Assembly: GCA_001782035.1 (NCBI GenBank)
Contig: MFNL01000001.1
Span: 2,643 to 66,642 of the forward strand
Length of the DNA stretch: 64,000 nucleotides
Direction: 5' to 3'
Source: Candidatus Levybacteria bacterium RIFCSPHIGHO2_01_FULL_37_17
Lineage (GTDB): Bacteria; Patescibacteriota; Microgenomatia; Levybacterales; UBA12049
This document shows positions 47,635-57,255 of the stretch, one piece after another. Position 1 is the first letter of the stretch. The number at the start of each line of letters is the position of its first letter. Made by a program: the position numbers and the translations under genes. The notes under the pieces were generated by a model. The model did not search any database and was not told the origin of the DNA. It saw nothing but the letters and a program-made list of their open reading frames with translations.

Positions 47635-49932
47635 ATGAAGTTTTTAGTTGATTTAATTAATGGGTTATTGTATTTATTCTCGGCAGTTGGGAATTTTGTG
47701 CTGTTTTACCTTAACCTCTTTTTGTGGATATTATTAAGGCTGACTAGCCTTGCCAAAGAAATCGTTGTAAAAGCACATACAAGTTCTTTGCAGAAATATA
47801 GAGGCGTTAAGGAGGCAGTGGCTTACGGTTGGCAGAATTTAGACAAAAAAGGAAAGCTTGCGACATTCCGGTTTTTTTTATCCTATAAGTCTTTCGGGGG
47901 AAAGCTTTCCGTAAAGGAGACAAAGAAACAAAGACCGAAAAAAAAGATAAATTCAGTAACTATATATCCCGCCCCAAAAAATATTTTCTTAAAGCTAAGA
48001 TATTTTGTTTTTGGCTTTTTAATATGCTTTGTTTTTATAATGATTCCTTTAACTCTTTATTTTTTGGTAAACAGCCTACCCAATCCGAAAAGCTTACAAA
48101 ATAGAGAGATACCCCAAACAACAAAAATTTATGATAGAAATAGAAAGCTTTTATATCAAATATACGCAAATGAAAACAGAACCCTAGTTCCCCTTTCTCA
48201 AATTCCCAAAAATTTAATTAATGCAACGATTGCAATAGAGGATAAGGATTTTTATAAAAATCCGGGCTTTGATGTTGCAGCAATTGCAAGAGCGGCAATT
48301 GCAGATTTATCGGGAAAACCGATTCAGGGTGGATCAACAATAACCCAACAGTTAATAAAATCAAGCCTTCTAAATCCTGAGGTAACTATTACTAGAAAAA
48401 TAAAAGAAATTATTCTTGCCTTCTGGGCCGAGAGACTTTACAGTAAAAACGAGATTCTCGAAATGTATTTCAATCAAGTGCCATACGGCGGAACAGCCTG
48501 GGGAGTCGAAGCTGCGTCTGAGACATATTTTGGGAAAAATGTAAAAGATTTAACCATCGCTGAAGCCGCTTTTCTTGCCGGAATGCCTCAAGCGCCTACC
48601 ACTTATTCTCCCTACGGACAAAATCCTAATTTATGGAAGAGAAGACAAACAGATGTTCTTAAAAGAATGAGAGATTTGAAATATATAGACCAGCAAAAGA
48701 TGGAGGAAGCCTTAGGCGAGGAGCTTTCCTTCAAATCACCACGGACTCCAATATATGCACCTCATTTTGTCATGTACGTTAAGGATTTGCTTGTGCAAAA
48801 GTACGGTCTTCCTCTGGTTGAAAAAGGGGGATTAAATGTTATAACGACTCTTGATTTAAATACTCAAAATATGGCCCAAAATATCGTCACAGCAGAGGTT
48901 GACAATGATTGGTATTTAAACCTGACAAACGGTGCAGCTTTGGTCACAAATCCTTCAACTGGTGAAATTTTAGCAATGGTTGGCTCAAAAGACTACAATG
49001 ACCTAAATGGCGGAAATGTTAATTTAACAACTGCACTAAGACAACCAGGCTCATCTATTAAGGTCGTGACCTACTCAGCGGCACTTGAAAACGGATTTAC
49101 CGCAGCGACAATTCTTGATGATTCTCCTGTTGTATATCAGATCCCGGGTTCGGTACCTTATGCACCTGTTAACTATGATGGCGGATTCAAAGGCAAAATT
49201 CCGCTTAGAATTGCATTTGCAAATTCACTGAACGTTCCTGCTGTAAAAACCTTGGCTAAAATAGGAATTTCTACAATGGTTGATACTGCTAAGAAAATGG
49301 GAATAACGACCTGGAAATCACCTCAAAATTACGGTCTTTCACTTACTCTTGGCGCAGCAGAAGTAAAAATGACAGAACTTTCAACAGTTTATGGAACCAT
49401 TGCAAATTCAGGAGAACGAATTGACTTAAATCCGTTTCTCAAAGTAACAAACAGAAATGGCGAGATTTTTTACCAAAGCGAAGAACCGATAGGAAAAAAA
49501 GTGATTGACGAAGGAGTCGCCTACATTATTTCAAATATTTTAGCTGATAATGCTGCTCGGTCTTTAGAGTTTGGCACCAATTCTCCCCTAAATATTCCCG
49601 GGCATGTTGTATCTGTAAAAACAGGGACAACTGACAATAAAAGAGACAACTGGACTGTTGGATTTACACCCAATTTACTTGTTGCAGTTTGGGTTGGAAA
49701 CAATGACAATTCCCCTATGAGTCAGCATCTTGCATCCGGAATAACAGGTGCTGCTCCAATCTGGAATAAGATAATTACAAATCTGCTTTCAGACCAAAAA
49801 AGTGTTGCAACGGCTACGCCTTCAAATCTGATTTTAAAAAGATGTGGTGGAAGAATTGAATATTTTATAAAAGGGACTGAGAATTTATCAAACTGCGCTT
49901 TTTCTGCAACTCCGTCAGCTGCCCCTATCTAG
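47635..49932 (+). CDS. class A penicillin-binding protein, copy 2
   Basis: Same GT51 and TPase motifs (EDKDFYKNPGFD, SSIK, KTGTT). A 33-nt stretch is identical to copy 1. Confidence 0.85.
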   Translation: MKFLVDLINGLLYLFSAVGNFVLFYLNLFLWILLRLTSLAKEIVVKAHTSSLQKYRGVKEAVAYGWQNLDKKGKLATFRFFLSYKSFGGKLSVKETKKQRPKKKINSVTIYPAPKNIFLKLRYFVFGFLICFVFIMIPLTLYFLVNSLPNPKSLQNREIPQTTKIYDRNRKLLYQIYANENRTLVPLSQIPKNLINATIAIEDKDFYKNPGFDVAAIARAAIADLSGKPIQGGSTITQQLIKSSLLNPEVTITRKIKEIILAFWAERLYSKNEILEMYFNQVPYGGTAWGVEAASETYFGKNVKDLTIAEAAFLAGMPQAPTTYSPYGQNPNLWKRRQTDVLKRMRDLKYIDQQKMEEALGEELSFKSPRTPIYAPHFVMYVKDLLVQKYGLPLVEKGGLNVITTLDLNTQNMAQNIVTAEVDNDWYLNLTNGAALVTNPSTGEILAMVGSKDYNDLNGGNVNLTTALRQPGSSIKVVTYSAALENGFTAATILDDSPVVYQIPGSVPYAPVNYDGGFKGKIPLRIAFANSLNVPAVKTLAKIGISTMVDTAKKMGITTWKSPQNYGLSLTLGAAEVKMTELSTVYGTIANSGERIDLNPFLKVTNRNGEIFYQSEEPIGKKVIDEGVAYIISNILADNAARSLEFGTNSPLNIPGHVVSVKTGTTDNKRDNWTVGFTPNLLVAVWVGNNDNSPMSQHLASGITGAAPIWNKIITNLLSDQKSVATATPSNLILKRCGGRIEYFIKGTENLSNCAFSATPSAAPI

Positions 49933-50563
49933 ATTCAAGAATTTTTAATAGATTTTTATATGCCTCAAGTGGATTTTCGTCAAAAATATAACTCGTTGTA
50001 ACAAACCTTTCCGCACCCTTCTCTGCAAGTTTCAGTATATTTTCATCGTTTACGCCGCCGTCTATTTCTATGGGAATAAAAGTTTTTGCAGACAGAGAGC
50101 TTATTTTTTCAAATACTTTATCTTGAAGTTTTTGTCCAGAATCTCCTGCTTTGGTTCCCATAAGAAGAATACAATCTAAATCTTCCATATTGATCTTTAC
50201 AAAATCTATTTCTGTATCTATATCAAGCGCAAGTCCTACTTCTCCCAAAAGTTGCCCTTTTGCCACAAACTCTTCTATATTTTCCATTTTTTCAACGTGT
50301 CCAATAAATCTTTTAAAACCAGCCTCAGCAAACGGTTCTAAAAATTTAAGCGGGTTAGAAACCATTAAATGGGCTTCTAAAAAGAGCTCATCTGCGTATT
50401 TTGAGAATGGTTTTGGGTCTAAAAAAGTTTGGTTTGGGGAAAACTGTCCGTCAATTATATCAATGTGGATTGTCTTATTTAATATCCTAGCGGTTTCAAT
50501 TTTTTTCTCAATTTCAGTCCAATTTTTTTCTAAAATTCCAGGAATAATTCTATCCATTTTCAA
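49925..50563 (-). CDS. rpe: ribulose-phosphate 3-epimerase (divergent)
   Basis: HIDIIDGQFSPN, EAHLMV and IEIDGGVN match Rpe motifs HVDVMDGHFVPN / DVHLMV / IEVDGGV. Confidence 0.65.
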   Translation of the reverse strand: MKMDRIIPGILEKNWTEIEKKIETARILNKTIHIDIIDGQFSPNQTFLDPKPFSKYADELFLEAHLMVSNPLKFLEPFAEAGFKRFIGHVEKMENIEEFVAKGQLLGEVGLALDIDTEIDFVKINMEDLDCILLMGTKAGDSGQKLQDKVFEKISSLSAKTFIPIEIDGGVNDENILKLAEKGAERFVTTSYIFDENPLEAYKNLLKILESR

Positions 50564-50996
50564 TTTCTTTAATTTTATCTATTCTTCTTTTATGTCTTTC
50601 TTCATTTGAAAATGGTGTTTCCAAAAATACTTTGACAAGTTCTATTGCTTTTTGTTCATCGACGAATTGCGAACCCAAAGCTAGCAAGTTAGCATCGTTA
50701 TCTTGTCTTGCGAGCTTAACATTCTCTGCACTGAATCCTAAAATTGCTCTAACGTTTTTAAACTTATTTGCGACTATTTCTTCTCCGCTTCCCGATTTAC
50801 CAAAGACTATTGCTTTAGAATCTGGATTCTCTGAAACTTTTTTTGCAGCAACGGAAATAAAATCGGGATAATCGTCGTTGTTGTCTTCTGCGTAATCTCC
50901 GCAATCCTCTATTTCATAACCCTGCTTATAAAGGTAAGCTGCAATTTCTTTCTTTAAAGAAAACCCTGCGTGGTCGGAGGCTAAATAAATCTTCAT
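50550..50996 (-). CDS. rpiB: ribose-5-phosphate isomerase B
   Basis: MKIYLASDHAGFSLK RpiB/LacAB N-terminal signature; 148 aa. Confidence 0.85.
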   Translation of the reverse strand: MKIYLASDHAGFSLKKEIAAYLYKQGYEIEDCGDYAEDNNDDYPDFISVAAKKVSENPDSKAIVFGKSGSGEEIVANKFKNVRAILGFSAENVKLARQDNDANLLALGSQFVDEQKAIELVKVFLETPFSNEERHKRRIDKIKEIENG

Positions 50997-51616
50997 TACT
51001 TACCTATTATAACAAGAGCGTCAGAGGAAAAACCATTGGAAAGGTTTGCGGATGTGCTTCCAACGGTATAGGTAAAACCCAAATCTTTTTTCAAAAGATT
51101 TAGAAATTCACTCTTACCTGATTTAACCAGTATGGATACATTTGCATATTCGAAATTATCGGCATTTCCTGTTCCAACAACATTATATCCAAGGTTTTTT
51201 AACGTATCTGAGCCTTTTGATGCCACCCCTGATTCACCACTTCCGTTTTGAACAGTGACAGAAAGCTCGCTTCTGTCAAGCCCTGTTTGTGTATCCACGG
51301 GGTTGATTGTGGGCTTTGGAGTTGGGGTATTTGTAGGAGTTGGTGTTGGAGAATCACTTGGGGAAGGAATTGATGTTTCAGTGGGAAAAACTGTGGGGGT
51401 TAAAACTTTGGGTTTATCATCTACGCTTTCGTTTGTTGAGCCTAGAATTTTAAAAGCAAAAAATATTAATAAAGCCAAAACGACAAGAGCTAAGTAGATA
51501 AATTTTTTGTTTATCTTTCTTTTGGGCGGGGGGAATGTTGGAACCGACTCAAGCGGTGCTTCTTCCATATCCTGCCTTTCAAAGAGAAGGGTATCAAAAT
51601 TTTTTCCTTTTCGCAA
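50996..51616 (-). CDS. LytR_C-domain membrane protein with Pro/Thr-rich linker
   Basis: TM anchor, SPSDSPTPTPTNTPTPKPT linker. C-terminal VTVQNGSGESGVASK...LGYNVV pattern of the LytR C-terminal domain. Confidence 0.5.
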   Translation of the reverse strand: MRKGKNFDTLLFERQDMEEAPLESVPTFPPPKRKINKKFIYLALVVLALLIFFAFKILGSTNESVDDKPKVLTPTVFPTETSIPSPSDSPTPTPTNTPTPKPTINPVDTQTGLDRSELSVTVQNGSGESGVASKGSDTLKNLGYNVVGTGNADNFEYANVSILVKSGKSEFLNLLKKDLGFTYTVGSTSANLSNGFSSDALVIIGK

Positions 51617-51635
51617 GGTACTATTTAAGATTCTT

Positions 51636-51644
51636 TGGTATAAT
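51636..51644 (+). promoter_or_regulatory. extended -10 promoter (TGgTATAAT) for the SpoIID-like gene
   Basis: TGGTATAAT 10 nt upstream of ATG 51654; no clear -35. Confidence 0.25.
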
Positions 51645-51653
51645 AAGAACTCA

Positions 51654-53300
51654 ATGAAAAAAATTTTGCTCTCGTTTTTTTTATCCTTTTTTATAATATT
51701 TTTCTCTTTTATAAATGTTCCTCAGGGCTCATCAGATGAGCTAGACGATATCATTAAGCAAATAAATGAGCTAACTAATGCCTTAAACATGTCAATTAGT
51801 GCAACAAAGCCGCTTGAAGATCAAGTCAATTCAATAAAAAAAAGAGTCGCTGTAATTGAATCAGACTTAACAGTTAAAGAAAAAAGTATTAACGACGGGT
51901 ACAAAAACCTGGAAAAACAACAGGAAATTCTAAATGCAACCATCAGGGACTATTACATAAAGAGTTATTATAATTCCCCACTTTTAATTGTTCTTACCAC
52001 AAATTCTGCATCAGAGCTTACTCAGGTTTTAGGTTATCAAAGAGCAACAGCAGATAGGGACAAAGCATTAATTACTAGCCTAGTTATTTCAATATCAACT
52101 CTTGAAGAAAGAAAAAAAGCACTTGAAAGTGAAAAGAAAAGAATAGTTGTAATTAAAGACCAGCTTTCTAAAATCGTGACTGAGGCTAAAGCATATCAAG
52201 CAGATCTTTCCGGAAAAATTGCAGCATTATCTGCTAAACAGCAGGAGATTATTAATTCAAGATCAGGAACATTTACGGCAACCATAGGAGACAGTAACCT
52301 TGCAGATGATTACAACGCTTCAATTAACGGCTTTAGGGCCTCGGCTCCTGGTGGATATTTTGCAGCATTTTCGTTTGGAGCTTACACGCATAGAAAAGGG
52401 ATGAGCCAGTATGGAGCAAGGGGTAGGGCAATGAATGGACAAACTGCAAACCAAATTCTTTCAAAATATTATGGGAAAGAACCAGTAAGTAAGGATACAG
52501 GCGGCGATATAAGCGTTTCCGGTTTTGGATCGATGAATTTTGAAGACAGGTATTTAATGGGTATTGCCGAAATGCCTTCAACTTGGCACCCTGAAGCACT
52601 AAAAGCTCAAGCAATCGCTGCAAGAACTTATGCTTATAGATATAAGGTCGAGGGGAAAGAAATATGCACAACTGAAGCGTGTCAGGTGTTTTCATCTTCA
52701 AAAGCAGACAACACACCGCAGACTTGGCGCGATGCAGTAAATGCAACCCGAGGACAAGTGCTTGAAGACGTTGTAACTTACTATGCATCAACACATGGAG
52801 GCTACACCACAACAACTGGTTGGGACACAACTGATAACTCCGGTGGTTCCAATTTCATAGACAAAGCATGGGACGCAAAAGGAGGTTCTCCCTGGCTATA
52901 TAAAGCTTGGTACACGCAAGGATACAGTACAAGTTCTGACAAATGCGGCAGGTCTAATCCGTGGCTGTCTCCGGAGGAAATGGCAGACATAGTTAATGCG
53001 GCAATTGCTCTTAGAACTGGCGGTATTGATACTTCAAGAATCACTCCTGTTACAACTTCGTGTTGGGGAGGAAACCCCTACTCTATGGATGAGCTGAGGA
53101 ATTTGGTTTCTGGAAATGGTGGTATATCGCAAGCTACGTCTGTTTCTGTTTCACAAGGAGATGGAACTACCAGCAATGTTACAATAAATGGAATAAATTT
53201 TAGCGGTTCTGAATTTAAAAAAGCATTTAACTTAAGAGCGCCCGGAAGACTTTCTATTCCACAGTCAGGCTTTGCTTTTTATAACATCGAGAAAAAGTAA
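51654..53300 (+). CDS. SpoIID/LytB-domain protein (amidase enhancer-like) with N-terminal signal/anchor and coiled coil
   Basis: AQAIAARTYAY SpoIID signature. Start taken at MKKILLSFF (signal peptide), not the 51507 track start. Confidence 0.65.
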   Translation: MKKILLSFFLSFFIIFFSFINVPQGSSDELDDIIKQINELTNALNMSISATKPLEDQVNSIKKRVAVIESDLTVKEKSINDGYKNLEKQQEILNATIRDYYIKSYYNSPLLIVLTTNSASELTQVLGYQRATADRDKALITSLVISISTLEERKKALESEKKRIVVIKDQLSKIVTEAKAYQADLSGKIAALSAKQQEIINSRSGTFTATIGDSNLADDYNASINGFRASAPGGYFAAFSFGAYTHRKGMSQYGARGRAMNGQTANQILSKYYGKEPVSKDTGGDISVSGFGSMNFEDRYLMGIAEMPSTWHPEALKAQAIAARTYAYRYKVEGKEICTTEACQVFSSSKADNTPQTWRDAVNATRGQVLEDVVTYYASTHGGYTTTTGWDTTDNSGGSNFIDKAWDAKGGSPWLYKAWYTQGYSTSSDKCGRSNPWLSPEEMADIVNAAIALRTGGIDTSRITPVTTSCWGGNPYSMDELRNLVSGNGGISQATSVSVSQGDGTTSNVTINGINFSGSEFKKAFNLRAPGRLSIPQSGFAFYNIEKK

Positions 53301-53336
53301 TTGCACCCCAGATGTATAATGTACTAAATTGAAAGT

Positions 53337-53987
53337 ATGGCAGATATTTTTGTAGCTTCCAGGGAAGAAAAGAACGCTCCTGTACCTAAAATTTCTTCTG
53401 ATAAAATTGAGGCCGAAAAGAGCACTTTTGACGATAAGGTGCATTTGTTCTCCTCTTTCAGCCTAAATCCTACGGATGTTTCTTTTGAAAATCAGGAAAA
53501 AGACGAAAAAATACTTTTGTTTGTAAGAAAATCAAAAATTCTAAACCTTAAATGGATAGGAGTAGCTATCGGCTTGACTGTAGCGCCTCTTTTTATAATC
53601 TTTCTGATTGATTGGACTTTACTGCTGGGTCTTGTCTCTTTTAAATACGTCTTTTATTTTGCAGCTTTATATTTTCTTGTGGTTGTAGCATATGCGTATG
53701 TAAATTTTATTACTTGGTATTTCAATATTGCATTAATTACCAATTTAAGAGTTATTGACGTTGATTTTGCAGGATTAATTTATAAAAATATAGCAATAAC
53801 AAAATTAAGCTTGGTGCAGGACGTTAGCTCTACCCAGGTGGGAGTAGTTAGAAATATGTTTAATTACGGGGATATTTTGGTCCAAACAGCAGGGAATGTC
53901 GACAATTTTATTTTTGAGGCGGCGCCCAATCCTGAAAAGGCATCAAGAATTATTGAAAATTTAATAGGAAAGCATGGAACTGTTTAA
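53337..53987 (+). CDS. membrane protein with bacterial PH (bPH_2/YdbT-like) domain
   Basis: Two TM helices followed by the NLRVIDVDFAGL...GDILVQTAG bPH_2 pattern. Confidence 0.5.
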   Translation: MADIFVASREEKNAPVPKISSDKIEAEKSTFDDKVHLFSSFSLNPTDVSFENQEKDEKILLFVRKSKILNLKWIGVAIGLTVAPLFIIFLIDWTLLLGLVSFKYVFYFAALYFLVVVAYAYVNFITWYFNIALITNLRVIDVDFAGLIYKNIAITKLSLVQDVSSTQVGVVRNMFNYGDILVQTAGNVDNFIFEAAPNPEKASRIIENLIGKHGTV

Positions 53988-54204
53988 CTTTAACTATAGC
54001 AATATACTACTTTTTTCAACAAAAATTGTGTTTATTGTTCTTAATTTATTATTTTTAGCCTTTTTGCTCGTTGTTTATCGACAATTTAACAACATGAATA
54101 CCATTGTGCACGACATGCAAGACACCCCAATTCTTAAATCAACAATAATTACAATCTTGCTTATTGCCATTTCGCTTTTATTGACAAGCCTTGTTATACT
54201 ATAG
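53974..54204 (+). CDS. small membrane protein
   Basis: 76 aa, two TM helices; overlaps the previous gene by 14 nt. Confidence 0.3.
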   Translation: MELFNFNYSNILLFSTKIVFIVLNLLFLAFLLVVYRQFNNMNTIVHDMQDTPILKSTIITILLIAISLLLTSLVIL

Positions 54205-54221
54205 AGGATAAAATAGAGCAA

Positions 54222-55979
54222 ATGACTACATCAAATCTTAGCTTTGCCAAGATAGTTGCAAACCCTTCCGCTTTAGGATGGTCTCAAGTTTATTCCGCAG
54301 GCAAACTTTTTGCGGCCATTTCGCTTGAAAAAAGCGAAGAGGGGCAAGAAAAAGATTACTTAAATGTCTTAGGAAAAGAAATTTTAAGCACGCTTGAGCA
54401 AGAATTTTTTACCCTTGAAACCAAAGACCAGGAATCGATAAGAACAGCAGTTATGTCCACTGCTCAAAAAATTCCCGCGGGTATAAAAGTATCTTTTATA
54501 TCCGGGGCAGTTGTTGGCAATGTTTTATACTTATATATTTTAGGCTCTGGTAAGGTAGAAATAAAAAGAGGACAAACTTTAGGCACTCTTTTGGAGGCAA
54601 AAGAAGATGAAGGTAAAGAGTTAAAGGAGGCATCGGGATTTTTACAAGACAAAGATATTGTAATTCTTGAAACTAAAGCATTCGCAGATGAAATAAATGA
54701 GTCGACGCTTCTTGAGTTTTTAGAAAAACCATCAATTGAGGAGGCTTCGGAAAATCTTGCTCCCTTAATTCATGAAAAAGAAAACCCACTTGTGTCCTCA
54801 ATTTTAGTCTTGTATAAAGAGGGCGAAGAAAACAAGGAGGAAGAGGCAATTGTTGCGCCCCTCGAAGAGCAGAAAAAAGCTGAAGAACAAAAAGAGGAAG
54901 AAAAACAACCAGATGAAGCAGAGGCAAGATCACAAACTTCCTCCTCAGTTTTTCCAAATCTAAGAAGACCTACTTTTAATCGCTCATTTAGAATTAAGGG
55001 AACAAGAAATTTAGTAATTCTCCTAATTATTGTGGTTCTTATTATTTTTGCAGCAAGCGTACTATTTGCAGTAAAAAAACAGGAAAATGATAAATTAATC
55101 GCAGCCTTTAATTCCGTTTATCCTGCAGCCGAGAAAAAATATAACGAGGGCGAAAGCTTAGTGGACCTAAACTCATCCTTGGCAAGAGACAGCTTTCTTG
55201 AAGCAAAAAAAATACTTGACGATGGAAAGTCTACATTTCCAAGCGGCTCAAGCCAATTGAAACAGATCGAAGCACTTCTTTCCAAAGTTAATTCTGCAAT
55301 TGAAGACAGCGCTAAGGCAAATATGAAAGAGGCTACCGAAGTGGCGGAATCTGAAAGTTTTTATTTAGCTACTGTAAAGGGTACAAAAGCGCTTGCTTTT
55401 GCAAAAGATGATAAAAATGTCTATTACATAACTTCGACTGGAATATTTTCCCTGCCTAACGGATCCAGCACCGAAAAAGAATTGGTTAAAAACGACAGCG
55501 ACTGGTCAAGTGTTGGAGGCTTATCAATATATAATACAAGCCCTTATGTGGTTGACAAAAGCAACGACCAAATTCTTAAGTTTTTAAACACAGGAAGTGC
55601 TTATCAAAAGTCGGAATATTTAAAAGCAGAAGTTGATTTTGCAAAAGCAGCAGCAATTACTATAGATAATAATATTTACGTGCTCCACTCAGACGGTACG
55701 GTTTCAAAATACTTTAAAGGGGAAAAAGTTGATTTTTCATTAAAAGGCTTGGATAAACCACTTAAAGGAGCAACAAGAATTTATTCAAGCCCTGACTTTG
55801 ATAACATTTATATTCTGGATAAAGGAAATGGTCGAATTGTAGTAGTGGATAAAACGGGAAGTTTTACGGCTCAATATCTGTCTAGCGTTCTGGCAAATGC
55901 AGTTGATTTTGAAGTGCTTGAGGCAGACAAAAAGGTATATATATTATCAGGCGAAAAGATTTATAAAATTGACCTCTAA
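54222..55979 (+). CDS. bitopic membrane protein, unknown function
   Basis: ~240-aa cytoplasmic domain, E/K-rich linker, single TM (NLVILLIIVVLIIFAASVLFAV), ~300-aa extracytoplasmic beta-rich domain. Confidence 0.4.
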   Translation: MTTSNLSFAKIVANPSALGWSQVYSAGKLFAAISLEKSEEGQEKDYLNVLGKEILSTLEQEFFTLETKDQESIRTAVMSTAQKIPAGIKVSFISGAVVGNVLYLYILGSGKVEIKRGQTLGTLLEAKEDEGKELKEASGFLQDKDIVILETKAFADEINESTLLEFLEKPSIEEASENLAPLIHEKENPLVSSILVLYKEGEENKEEEAIVAPLEEQKKAEEQKEEEKQPDEAEARSQTSSSVFPNLRRPTFNRSFRIKGTRNLVILLIIVVLIIFAASVLFAVKKQENDKLIAAFNSVYPAAEKKYNEGESLVDLNSSLARDSFLEAKKILDDGKSTFPSGSSQLKQIEALLSKVNSAIEDSAKANMKEATEVAESESFYLATVKGTKALAFAKDDKNVYYITSTGIFSLPNGSSTEKELVKNDSDWSSVGGLSIYNTSPYVVDKSNDQILKFLNTGSAYQKSEYLKAEVDFAKAAAITIDNNIYVLHSDGTVSKYFKGEKVDFSLKGLDKPLKGATRIYSSPDFDNIYILDKGNGRIVVVDKTGSFTAQYLSSVLANAVDFEVLEADKKVYILSGEKIYKIDL

Positions 55980-56014
55980 TTTACAATTCTCCCCTTTTGT
56001 CCTATCATTGAGGG

Positions 56015-56446
56015 ATGAAAATAATAAATAGAAAAGCGTTTTTTGAATACGAAATTCTTGAAACGTTCGAGGCTGGAATTAATTTATTCGGAAATGAGGT
56101 AAAATCTGTTCGTCTTGGCAAAGCAGATTTGGCCGGCTCTTTTGTTAAAGTTATTGGTTCAGAAATATATTTGATAAATGCCAAAATTTGGGAGTATCAA
56201 CCGGGGCAAATAGAAGGATACGATGAAAGAAGGACAAGAAAACTTTTACTGCATAAAAAACAAATTATTTCCTTAAAAAGCAAGGCCGAAGGCTCGAACT
56301 TGAATTTAGTTCCAATATCAATGTATTTAAAAAACGGCTTTATAAAAGTCGAGGTTGGGTTAGGAAAAGGCAAGAAAAAGTATGAGAAGAGACAGGCTTT
56401 AAAAAGGAAAGATTTACAAAGGGATTTGGAACGCGAACTGGGTTAG
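56015..56446 (+). CDS. smpB: SsrA-binding protein
   Basis: MKIINRKAFFEYEILETFEAGINLFGNEVKS canonical SmpB; C-terminal basic tail. Confidence 0.9.
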   Translation: MKIINRKAFFEYEILETFEAGINLFGNEVKSVRLGKADLAGSFVKVIGSEIYLINAKIWEYQPGQIEGYDERRTRKLLLHKKQIISLKSKAEGSNLNLVPISMYLKNGFIKVEVGLGKGKKKYEKRQALKRKDLQRDLERELG

Positions 56447-56730
56447 GCTTTGACTTTATTGGTAAGAGAAAAGAACGCTATTGCAAAGACAGCAAAAAGA
56501 GAAGCAAAAAACATATTCCCTAAAGCATTTGTAATTTGCCCTAAGCCATTAACTAAAACTCCGGACAATCCTCCAAAAACAGAAAAGAGAGCTACTATTA
56601 AGATGAATTTTCTTGTGGGTATATTCTTTAGCTTTTTCCAGTATCTTTTAACAAAATATGCAATCAAAGATCCAATTATTATAAATCCTAAAATGTTTCC
56701 AAATGAAAAAATTAAATATAGCCAATTCAT
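56443..56730 (-). CDS. small membrane protein
   Basis: 95 aa, three hydrophobic helices; preferred over the overlapping plus-strand ORF on composition. Confidence 0.4.
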   Translation of the reverse strand: MNWLYLIFSFGNILGFIIIGSLIAYFVKRYWKKLKNIPTRKFILIVALFSVFGGLSGVLVNGLGQITNALGNMFFASLFAVFAIAFFSLTNKVKA

Positions 56731-56774
56731 TGCCTAGTTAATAAACGCAAAAAATGAAAATTAGTAATAAAAAA

Positions 56775-56800
56775 CCCCGCATTTAGCAGGGTTTTATTTG
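56775..56800 (-). terminator. rho-independent terminator following tmRNA
   Basis: Minus strand AAAACCCUGCUAAAUGCGGGGUUUUUUAUU: GC stem plus U tract immediately after tmRNA 3' end. Confidence 0.5.
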
Positions 56801-57163
56801 TGGAGATGTCGGGAAGTGATCCCGAGTCCAAGAAGGTATTTTTTCAAACTTCTACAAGCTTATTTTGTTATTTTTTTGATCGCCTTATTCTTTGAAAACA
56901 AACATCCATAAATAAGGTCAAGGTTATAAATTCAAAAGAGTTCTAACCATCTACTCTTTCAATTTCTCGACTAAGTTTATGCCCAAAATGTTTCATCGAG
57001 AAAAAACATTAAGGACAGCTCAACTAGTTAAGCAAAAGCAAAACGAGTTGGAGCGAATGAAGAGTTTCCTCTATCATTTATATTTTTGACTTAGTTTTAC
57101 GACTGTGAGTCTCGTCGGCTTGCAGTTTTTAAAGAACTATCTTGTCGATGCATTTGCATCCCC
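56801..57163 (-). ncRNA. ssrA: tmRNA (ssrA), standard one-piece
   Basis: 5' GGGGATG pairs with 3' CATCTCC (G3:U wobble) + discriminator A; T-arm-like CGGGATCACTTCCCG. Internal tag frame ...NDRGNSSFAPTRFAFA-TAA (stop at 57028-57030). Lies 350 nt from smpB. Confidence 0.7.
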
Positions 57164-57172
57164 AATGAGCGA

Positions 57173-57201
57173 ATTCTATCATACTGATGCTCTAAAGTCA
57201 A
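57173..57201 (-). promoter_or_regulatory. putative tmRNA promoter (TTGACT-17-TAGAAT)
   Basis: Minus strand -35 TTGACT (57196-57201), 17-nt spacer, -10 TAGAAT (57173-57178), ~10 nt before tmRNA G1. Confidence 0.4.
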
Positions 57202-57218
57202 CAACAACGTCCTATAGC

Positions 57219-57247
57219 TTGACAATTCCCATACGAAGGGCTATAAT
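57219..57247 (+). promoter_or_regulatory. consensus sigma70-type promoter TTGACA-17-TATAAT driving a leaderless transcript
   Basis: TTGACA 57219-57224, 17-nt spacer, TATAAT 57242-57247; ATG at 57256 is 9 nt after the -10, no SD. Confidence 0.5.
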
Positions 57248-57255
57248 CTTTGCTC

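Noticed and set aside
56450-56737. Plus-strand 95-aa ORF overlapping the minus-strand 56443-56730 ORF
   Set aside because: The plus-frame product is not membrane- or globular-like. The minus-strand ORF has three clean TM helices, so only the minus ORF is reported (still low confidence).
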